A stretch of 33,681 nucleotides of DNA from Candidatus Bathyarchaeota archaeon (GTDB taxonomy: Archaea > Thermoproteota > CALKCG01 > B24 > DRYS01). The notes beneath the pieces were generated by a model that saw only the letters and a program-made list of their open reading frames with translations, did no database searches and was not told the DNA's origin. Made by a program: the position numbers and the translations under genes. Positions 27,068-33,681 of the stretch are shown one piece after another. The stretch covers positions 1-33,681 of the forward strand of contig JAGTQC010000010.1 of assembly GCA_018396535.1 (NCBI GenBank). The letters run 5' to 3'. Each line of letters opens with the position of its first letter. Position 1 is the stretch's first letter.

Positions 27068-29875
27068 ATGAGTATAGAGCTTATACCTGATAAACTGAGA
27101 TCTAGGTTTAAGAAGCTTACACCTATCCAGGAGAAGGCTATACCTATCATACTAGAGGGTTGGAATACACTCATCTCTGCACCTACAGGTTCTGGTAAAA
27201 CTGAAGCTGCAATACTACCAGTTCTAGCTATGTATCTTAAACGTAGAGATACACAGTGTGATACAGGTATAGGTATACTATACGTGACACCTCTCAGAGC
27301 TTTGAATCGTGATATGTTTAAGAGGCTTAGTGATCTATGCGGAGAGGTATCGGTTAGGGTTGATGTTAGGCATAGCGATACACCTAGGAGTATCCGTAAC
27401 TTTCAGAGTAGGAATCCACCTGAACTACTCATCACCACACCTGAGACCCTCCAGCTCCTACTCGGATCTAAGCATATGCGTAGATGGCTTAAAAGCGTAG
27501 GCTGGGTTATAGTCGATGAAGTCCATAGTATGGTATGCAGTAAGAGAGGTGTTCAGCTAGCTTTAGCTTTAGAGAGACTTAGAAGGCTTGTAGGTAGGGG
27601 TATCCAATTTATAGGATTATCAGCTTCGATTAGTAAGCCATACGAAGCTTTGAGATTCATAGTCGGTATGAAGGGTTGGGGGTTAATCGTGGAGGATCCT
27701 ACAGCTAAAAGATACGAGATACGTGTAGAGCTTTGCAGACCTATAGATGAAGATTATAGATTAGCTGAGGAGCTTCAATGTAGTATCGGTTTATCTTCTA
27801 GGATTAGGAGAATACACGGCTATGCCTCTAGATCTAGGTCTACGCTTATATTTGCTAACTGTAGGGAGCATGTAGAACTTCTATCTAGTAGATTGAGGAT
27901 TATGGGTTTAAAAGTAGCATCTCATCATAGCAGTCTCTCCGGCGAATCTAGAAGTGAGGTAGAGAATTTACTTAAGCATGGAGAGATTGAAGGTGTTGTA
28001 TGTACATCAAGCCTAGAACTCGGTATAGATATAGGCAGGATAGATCTATGTATACAATATCTATCTCCTAGGAGCCCTACAGCTCTACTACAGAGGATAG
28101 GTAGGAGTGGACATAGCCTATACAAGGTTTCAAGAGGTATAATCATATCTAGTGGATCGGATGACTTCCTAGAAGCTGTCGTAGTAGCTCGTAGAGCTCT
28201 TGATGGCAGACTAGAAGATCAGGTATACGAGGAGTATGCTCTAGATGTTTTAGCGCATCAAATCGCCGGTATAGTCTTAGATAACGATGGAAGCTCTAGT
28301 TTAAGTGATATATTCGATATAGTATCATCGACTTATCCCTATAGGGAGGTGAAGATTGAAGATTTACGTAAACTCATAGAGTATATGGCTAAGCTTGGAC
28401 TCATAGATTTCGATGGCGAATATATTAGATCGAATAGTAGGACTAGGCTATACTATATCAAGCATGTTTCTACCATACCTGAAGAGGTGAAGTACCCTGT
28501 CTTTGATGAAGAAACTGGATATGAGATAGGACATCTAGGTGAGGATTTCTATGCAAGCTATGGTAAACCTGGTGTTAAGCTTATACTCAGAGGGGTTCCA
28601 TGGATTATATCTAAGATTCAAGGGTTCGATATCTACGTTAGGAGAGCTGAAGATTACCTAGCAGCTATACCTGGATGGGAAGGTGAGGTTCTACCTACAC
28701 CTTTCGATGTAGCTATGGAGGTCGGTCGTTTAAGAGGGCTTATCGAAGATCTATACGTTAAAGGGTTGGATTTAACCGAAGCTTCTAGGATACTATCATC
28801 TATGTATCCGTCAGATCCTGTAAGCTTTGAGGAGGCTTTAAAACCTATATACAGGCATCTATATGATGGATACCCCCTCCCGAAGGATAACCTTATACTT
28901 ATCGAATCCGTAGGAGGCTACATAGTTATACATGTATGCGGTGGACATTCTGTAAACAGATGTATAGCTAAGATACTATCATATATACTGAAGGAGAAGT
29001 TTAACGTAGAATGTATAGCTAGATGGGATGCTTATAGGATACTGCTTATGACTCCAGCTCTAACTAGTGTAAGCAACTTAGTTGAAGTTATCAAAGGTAT
29101 AGATCTAGATGAATGTAGACGTATACTATGGGATTCAGCTGATAGCTACGTTATGAGACATATAGCTTTGAAGTTCGACGCTATACCTGGCAGCTTATAC
29201 TATAAGTCTGCAAGCTATCTAGCGACGCTACCCGATAGATTTAGGAATACACCCATCTACGAAGAGACTGTTCGATTTCAGCTTAAACACCACTACGACT
29301 ATGATAATTTTAGAAGAATCATAGAGGCTATTAGGGATGGAGGTATCGAAATTAAGATTATAGAAGATCTAACTGAACCTACACCTATAGCTAGACCTAT
29401 ATTTGATCTAGGCGTAGAGGCTGAGTTATATGATGATCAATCCTTCAAGGATGCCCTTCTATCTAGAATATTGAATATCATATGCATATCATGTCTACAC
29501 TCTTGGAGGAAGCCTGTCAGGGATCTTCTCCAAGGGGTTTCATGCCCATCATGCGGTGGGAACGATATAAGCATAATAAAGTGGAGGAGGGAGGAGACTA
29601 TAGAAGCTTTGAAGAAGAGGAGGGATGGCGTAAAGCTTAGCGATGAGGAGGAGAGGCTTGTACTTAACGTAGATATGGCTGCGGATCTAGTAAAGCTCTA
29701 TGGTAGCAGAGCATTCATAGCTCTATCCGTTAGGGGTGTGGGGCCGCTAACAGCCTACCCTATACTAGCTAAGAGGCATAGCGATGAAAGAGAGTTCCTT
29801 AGAGAGCTTAGAGAAGCTATGCATGAGTATATGGAGACTAGAGACTACTGGAGTGAACGGGATAATCGATCGTAG
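27068..29875 (+). CDS. lhr: Lhr-family SF2 helicase with C-terminal Cys-rich Zn motif
   Basis: LTPIQ, APTGSGKTEAA, YVTPLRALNRD, ITTPETL, DEVH, GLSAS, TSSLELGIDIG, QRIGRSGH, LDVLAHQ, IPGWEGE, CISC...CPSC. Confidence 0.92.
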   Translation: MSIELIPDKLRSRFKKLTPIQEKAIPIILEGWNTLISAPTGSGKTEAAILPVLAMYLKRRDTQCDTGIGILYVTPLRALNRDMFKRLSDLCGEVSVRVDVRHSDTPRSIRNFQSRNPPELLITTPETLQLLLGSKHMRRWLKSVGWVIVDEVHSMVCSKRGVQLALALERLRRLVGRGIQFIGLSASISKPYEALRFIVGMKGWGLIVEDPTAKRYEIRVELCRPIDEDYRLAEELQCSIGLSSRIRRIHGYASRSRSTLIFANCREHVELLSSRLRIMGLKVASHHSSLSGESRSEVENLLKHGEIEGVVCTSSLELGIDIGRIDLCIQYLSPRSPTALLQRIGRSGHSLYKVSRGIIISSGSDDFLEAVVVARRALDGRLEDQVYEEYALDVLAHQIAGIVLDNDGSSSLSDIFDIVSSTYPYREVKIEDLRKLIEYMAKLGLIDFDGEYIRSNSRTRLYYIKHVSTIPEEVKYPVFDEETGYEIGHLGEDFYASYGKPGVKLILRGVPWIISKIQGFDIYVRRAEDYLAAIPGWEGEVLPTPFDVAMEVGRLRGLIEDLYVKGLDLTEASRILSSMYPSDPVSFEEALKPIYRHLYDGYPLPKDNLILIESVGGYIVIHVCGGHSVNRCIAKILSYILKEKFNVECIARWDAYRILLMTPALTSVSNLVEVIKGIDLDECRRILWDSADSYVMRHIALKFDAIPGSLYYKSASYLATLPDRFRNTPIYEETVRFQLKHHYDYDNFRRIIEAIRDGGIEIKIIEDLTEPTPIARPIFDLGVEAELYDDQSFKDALLSRILNIICISCLHSWRKPVRDLLQGVSCPSCGGNDISIIKWRREETIEALKKRRDGVKLSDEEERLVLNVDMAADLVKLYGSRAFIALSVRGVGPLTAYPILAKRHSDEREFLRELREAMHEYMETRDYWSERDNRS

Positions 29876-30390
29876 AGTATCTGTGGAAGCCTATCCCTAT
29901 TATCTAATGTAACTTCAACCACCTCTACACCGTTCATATACCTTATATGTCTAGCTAAAGGATCATCACACCTATAGTGCAACGTACCTAGTATACTCTT
30001 GTTAGATTTCAGTAACCGATAGATAGCATCCTTAAATCTTCGTGATATAAGCTCCATAGGACCGACCTCATCTACAACCACAACTTTCATAGATTCATCG
30101 TTTAACGCATCGAGTATAGCTTTAACCCCTATAGATTCGAACTCCTCTATACTAACCCTATACCTACCTATCCTAGGACCAGAGGTGAACGATACATGAG
30201 CAAGCCAACCCTCTAAACCAGTAGAGATATCCTTAACCCTGAAGCCAACCCTAACACCAGACTCCCTAACCTCGAAGCTTACCATACCACCGATACGTAT
30301 ACCCAACCTGCTAAGAAGTTTAGCAGTTTCTAATACAACAGTAGTCTTACCAATACCAGGCCTACCAGTTAGGAAAATCCTAGAAGCCAT
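29845..30390 (-). CDS. THEP1/NTPase_1 family nucleoside triphosphatase (start 30390 preferred over track's 30444)
   Basis: IFLTGRPGIGKTT, RVGF, GPRIGRYRV, VVVDEVGPMEL, NRDRLP. TTTATATA box about 24 nt upstream of ATG 30390 suggests a leaderless transcript. Confidence 0.92.
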   Translation of the reverse strand: MASRIFLTGRPGIGKTTVVLETAKLLSRLGIRIGGMVSFEVRESGVRVGFRVKDISTGLEGWLAHVSFTSGPRIGRYRVSIEEFESIGVKAILDALNDESMKVVVVDEVGPMELISRRFKDAIYRLLKSNKSILGTLHYRCDDPLARHIRYMNGVEVVEVTLDNRDRLPQILYDRLSRSLQ

Positions 30391-30496
30391 CAAGAAAGTA
30401 TATAGATAGATGATATATAAATGCACAACGGATACGAGAAGCATAAACTACTCATCATTAGATTGCCTGATATAAAGAATATCATATGGAACATGA

Positions 30497-30904
30497 TTTA
30501 TCCTGAGCTACCTGGTCCAGCCTCATGGTAGGCTTACATATTTTGAGCCGGATAACGTAAGTCAAGGTGGGCCACCTGTAAACTGGACTGGAAAAGGAGA
30601 TGAGCTAATACTGCTAGCTAGTAGTAGGAAGGCGTTGGGTATGTATGATGGATATGGACGTAAAGTAGTGGTATTCCCAGATGATGGTATTTTACCTAGA
30701 GAAAACTACTACTTCGCACGTATGGTTCAAGTATACGTAGCAGATTTGATAGGAGATGCAAGAGAGGAAGCTGCATTCCTAATCGATAATACACTCTACA
30801 TATATACACAGGATAAACAATATCCTAAAGGTGAAAAGATATATGCTCCAATAAGGAAGAGTTATCCTGGAGTATCTAAACCAAACTGGAAGATCAATAC
30901 GTGA
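30497..30904 (+). pseudogene. C-terminal remnant of a beta-propeller (FG-GAP/rhamnogalacturonan-lyase-like) protein
   Basis: Open frame 30497-30904 has no convincing start. It reads ...FEPDNVSQGGPPVNWTGKGDELILL...DGYGRKVVVFPDDG...ADLIGDAREE...IYTQD...YAPIR. D-x-x-G-D-x-R-E Ca-blade-like motifs are present, but it is far shorter than a full propeller. Confidence 0.55.
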
Positions 30905-31364
30905 GTATTTTAAAAGTTGTTTCATAACATAGTACTATTCATCCAATTTATTTTAAACATTAATTATACACATGTAGAGGGGTAGCTTTTGCATCCAATA
31001 GGTTAATCAATTGTTATTCCTCACTTCTGTGGATTTTTATAATGCCATCATATTACCAAATTGAAATGCTTTAATTATACGATTACATACCAATTCAATT
31101 TATAAGATCGATAATCTGAAATATTTAAAGACTATATGACTTCAACTTATCGAGTTATTATTTTAGACATTCATTACACTAGTAAGCATTCGATATAACA
31201 TTGTATAATCAATATACATTTTAAAATTTTATATTATGCGAAAACGCTCAAAAATATATATGATTAATTGATTCTACAAATGAAGAGCAGATATATGAGG
31301 ACAGAATAAATAATGAGATGTACATAGCTTTATAAGATCTGGTTATGATAGTTTTTCTATCGAG
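30905..31364. other. AT-rich non-coding spacer of atypical composition
   Basis: 460 nt, visibly AT-rich with A/T runs. I count one CTAG, whereas CTAG is very dense elsewhere. No ORF in the track. Confidence 0.7.
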
Positions 31365-31784
31365 ATGAGTGGTGAGTACTATAGGCTTCTATGGTATCGT
31401 GCTGAAAGGTTTCTGGTTAGGGCTTTAAGGGATTATTCTGAAGGCGATTATGACGGGGCTTGCTTTAATGCTGAGGAGGCTATTCAGCTAGCGGTGAAGG
31501 CCGTACTCTATAAGTATTTCGGGGAAGTTCCTCGTATACATGGTTCTAAAGTTCTTCTTTCGAGATTGAGGAATCTGCTTATGGATGCTGGGAGAGAGGA
31601 TGTAGCATCCCTAGTAGGTAGGTTTGCCGCTGACAATCGTGATATCCTAGATCTTCTTGAGGAAAGCTATACTATGGCTAGATATGGTAGTATATCTTAT
31701 GGGGAAAGACAGGCTGAGCGATGTATCGAAATCGCTAAGAAGGCTTTCGAGGTGTTGAAAGATGTCGAGGGAAGGCTGGGCTAG
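31365..31784 (+). CDS. HEPN domain protein (COG2250-type)
   Basis: RAERFL..A, GDYDGACFNAEEAIQLAVKA, PRIHG, LEESYTMARY. Confidence 0.9.
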   Translation: MSGEYYRLLWYRAERFLVRALRDYSEGDYDGACFNAEEAIQLAVKAVLYKYFGEVPRIHGSKVLLSRLRNLLMDAGREDVASLVGRFAADNRDILDLLEESYTMARYGSISYGERQAERCIEIAKKAFEVLKDVEGRLG

Positions 31785-32124
31785 ATATGCTTTGGAAAGG
31801 TATCTTAAGCTTAAGAGGTGGATGGATTATAGAGATGTTATCGTTAAAGCTTGTAGGGATGCCCTAGGAGGTAAATGTCTACATGTATATGTGGTCGGTG
31901 GTGCTGCTGAGGATAGGTTAACAGTGTTAAGCGATATAGATGTAGTCGTAGTTGTAGATGACCCTTCATGTAAGAGTTTGGATAATATCGTCGCTATAAA
32001 GGGAAGAGCTGAGGAGTTGGGGTTACCGGTAGATGTGCAACTGGATGTTAAGATATCGACAGAAGAGGAGTTTAAACAGTTGATCGATAGAGGTATGTAT
32101 AGGATGGTTATGGAGATAAGCTGA
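31762..32124 (+). CDS. Minimal nucleotidyltransferase (MNT), partner of HEPN
   Basis: VYVVGGAAEDRLTVLSDIDVVVVV (G-[GS]...DxD), LDVKIST.EEF. 23-nt overlap with HEPN. Confidence 0.88.
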   Translation: MSREGWARYALERYLKLKRWMDYRDVIVKACRDALGGKCLHVYVVGGAAEDRLTVLSDIDVVVVVDDPSCKSLDNIVAIKGRAEELGLPVDVQLDVKISTEEEFKQLIDRGMYRMVMEIS

Positions 32125-32167
32125 TAGTTATGTATCTATCTTCTCCCTTCTACGACCGGAGTATGAT

Positions 32168-33307
32168 TTAGATACGATATCTTCCATACTTTCTAGCTAC
32201 TTCTATCATTTTCATGAAGTTTTCGAATTTCACCCCGACATCTACTACGTTAGCTGTCGTTAGTATATGTCCTCCCCCAGGTGAAGCCTTCCTTATACAC
32301 TCCAATGTCTCTCTAGCTACATCTTCAAGCGAGCCTATATTTAGCGTACGTAGACATATATTGCCTACTAAGCATATCTTATCACCGTATAGCTCCTTGA
32401 TCTCACCTATATCTATACCCGCTTGTGGATCTAGAGATTGAACACCATCCACACCTGATTCGATTATATATTCTAGTAGCGGCTTTATATTTCCATCAGA
32501 GTGTAAGACTACGAGTGCGCCCATCCTCTTGAATGCATGAACCTCCCTTCTAAGCTCAGGTAGTATTATTTCCTTGAATATTTTAGGAGACATGAATGGC
32601 CCATTCTTATATGCATAGTCGGCTCCGTTAACTATACCATCAGCCCCTGCTTCTATCTGACGCTTAGCGGATTCTATAGCTATATCGGTTCGATAGCGTA
32701 GATACCTCTTGATGAAATCTGGATATTTATAAAGCCATCTAAGTAGATCTACATCCTCCCCTCCGATCGTACCTGATGCTCCTCCGAAGATTAAAGCTTG
32801 ATCACCAAGCTCCTTCTTCAATAGCTTTACAGGGTAGAGATAGCTATCATCTATAGATTCATCAACTATCTCCTCAGGTTTAGGTCCATACTTAATCCTC
32901 GCTTCTATCGAAGCTATAACCTCCTCATCGGATCTAGGCTTACCCCTTTCTAGAGGCCAATCCATATTCGTCTGTGGAACCCATCTTCTAAGAGCACCGT
33001 TAACCCTCCATATGTTCTCCCCAACCTTCTCCACCTTAGTACTCCTGGTATACGCATTCGGATAGACCCTGATCCACTCAAACTTAAGCTTCCTATAGAG
33101 GTCTAACTGATCCTCAGCTATCCTACGATTTACATAATCGACCTTACCCTCAGCTATAGCATCCCAGCATAGAGGTGTATTCCTATAGTACGGTATACGA
33201 CCTATAATCTTAGCCGTTATAGGAGGAGTTATACCAAAACTACCTATAGGAAGAATATCAGGCTCCTCTAGAAGTAAAGCTGCTTCAGCCCTCGATCTAC
33301 CCTTCAT
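32168..33307 (-). CDS. URO-D/MtaA-CmuA superfamily protein, function unassigned (start 33307 preferred over track's 33352)
   Basis: QIEAGADG, DYAYKNGPFMSP, HSDGNI, SLDPQAGIDI, CLVGNI, PGGGHIL..AN, ENF..M. TTTATAT box about 30 nt upstream of ATG 33307. Confidence 0.85.
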   Translation of the reverse strand: MKGRSRAEAALLLEEPDILPIGSFGITPPITAKIIGRIPYYRNTPLCWDAIAEGKVDYVNRRIAEDQLDLYRKLKFEWIRVYPNAYTRSTKVEKVGENIWRVNGALRRWVPQTNMDWPLERGKPRSDEEVIASIEARIKYGPKPEEIVDESIDDSYLYPVKLLKKELGDQALIFGGASGTIGGEDVDLLRWLYKYPDFIKRYLRYRTDIAIESAKRQIEAGADGIVNGADYAYKNGPFMSPKIFKEIILPELRREVHAFKRMGALVVLHSDGNIKPLLEYIIESGVDGVQSLDPQAGIDIGEIKELYGDKICLVGNICLRTLNIGSLEDVARETLECIRKASPGGGHILTTANVVDVGVKFENFMKMIEVARKYGRYRI

Positions 33308-33360
33308 ACCAGATAGGATGTTCTCGATGAATAGCGATATAAACCTATACATAGATGGGA

Positions 33361-33383
33361 GAAATAGGAAGAGGAAAAATAAA
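33361..33383 (-). terminator. Putative T/pyrimidine-rich archaeal terminator
   Basis: - strand reads TTTATTTTTCCTCTTCCTATTTC about 14 nt after the stop of the DUF6784-like gene. Confidence 0.4.
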
Positions 33384-33396
33384 TGACGGGTTGTTG

Positions 33397-33681
33397 CTAC
33401 ATTATAGCTATGGTTGTTGCTGCGTAGTGTGCTGATGTTATGAGTATTGCTAAGGTTATCGATGCTGTCATTCCTATGGCGAATGGCATAGCTATATCTT
33501 CGTATAGTTTTGTTCCTCCTATTCTTAGGACTATAAGCTTAGCTATATACGCTACTATACTAGGTACTAAAACGTTATAGTACATCCAGCCTAGGCCCAT
33601 GGTTACTCCTGCAGGGTTTAGTGGGAACCATGGGTATCTGGCATGCATTATGTAGGTTATCGATGTGATAGCGAATCCTAT
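33397..33681 (-). CDS. C-terminus of a DUF6785/DUF6784-type (OPT-like putative peptide transporter) polytopic membrane protein; truncated by window edge
   Basis: Frame is open to the window end. RYPWFPLNPAG, AYIAKLIVLRIGGTKLYE..A.PFAIG pattern. Confidence 0.7.
   Translation of the reverse strand: MGFAITSITYIMHARYPWFPLNPAGVTMGLGWMYYNVLVPSIVAYIAKLIVLRIGGTKLYEDIAMPFAIGMTASITLAILITSAHYAATTIAIM

Noticed and set aside
30404-30470. Possible C/D-box sRNA (TGATGA on the - strand, CTGA on the + strand)
   Set aside because: The boxes are on opposite strands and no properly ordered C...D pair exists.
30905-31364. CRISPR array suggested by ATTGAAA (~31060) and GTTTCA-like words
   Set aside because: No repeated 24-40 nt unit with regular spacing, and no cas genes in the window.
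27068-32124. Lhr + NTPase + HEPN-MNT as an antiviral defence system
   Set aside because: Lhr and THEP1 are widespread archaeal core genes, are convergent here, and have host-like composition. HEPN-MNT sits in a separate foreign-looking patch.
66-32441. Numerous antisense or alternate-frame ORFs in the track (e.g. 979-1389, 8279-8611, 11726-12133, 17688-18221, 23074-23427, 25292-25531)
   Set aside because: All lie inside well-supported genes, many are Ser/Leu/Ile-rich shadow translations, and none has recognisable motifs.

Overview
Archaeal chromosomal window, densely coding on both strands. Evidence for a TACK lineage, plausibly Bathyarchaeia (inference): RadA, a tRNA-splicing endonuclease with a crenarchaeal-type loop, an archaeal SRP RNA, TATA and GGTGA/AGGAGG signals, UroD-superfamily paralogs, a corrinoid protein and giant FtsX-like/DUF6784-type membrane proteins. 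Most of it is housekeeping or metabolic: tldD-tldE, endA, dihydroorotase, Mut7-C, Rqc2/NFACT, radA, two-subunit class I fumarase, phosphohexomutase, HtrA, Lhr helicase, THEP1 NTPase. The ORF track misses three things: (1) the SRP RNA gene at 17148-17476 (-); (2) a 51-aa Cren7-like zinc-ribbon protein at 7351-7506 (-) with its own TATA box and SD; (3) a probable CTG start at 25314 for a sugar isomerase. A small compositionally foreign patch (~30445-32124) holds a decayed beta-propeller gene, an AT-rich spacer and a HEPN-MNT pair. The strongest leads for undescribed biology are the Cren7-like Zn protein, an HhH-GPD/queuosine-salvage-like glycosylase with an 8-Cys tail, the giant FtsX-like permease cluster with its possible partners (His-less ABC ATPase, DUF6784 protein), and a striking CTAG/TAG excess. 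I found no CRISPR array, tRNA, rRNA or transposase. All family calls come from motif recognition, not database searches.
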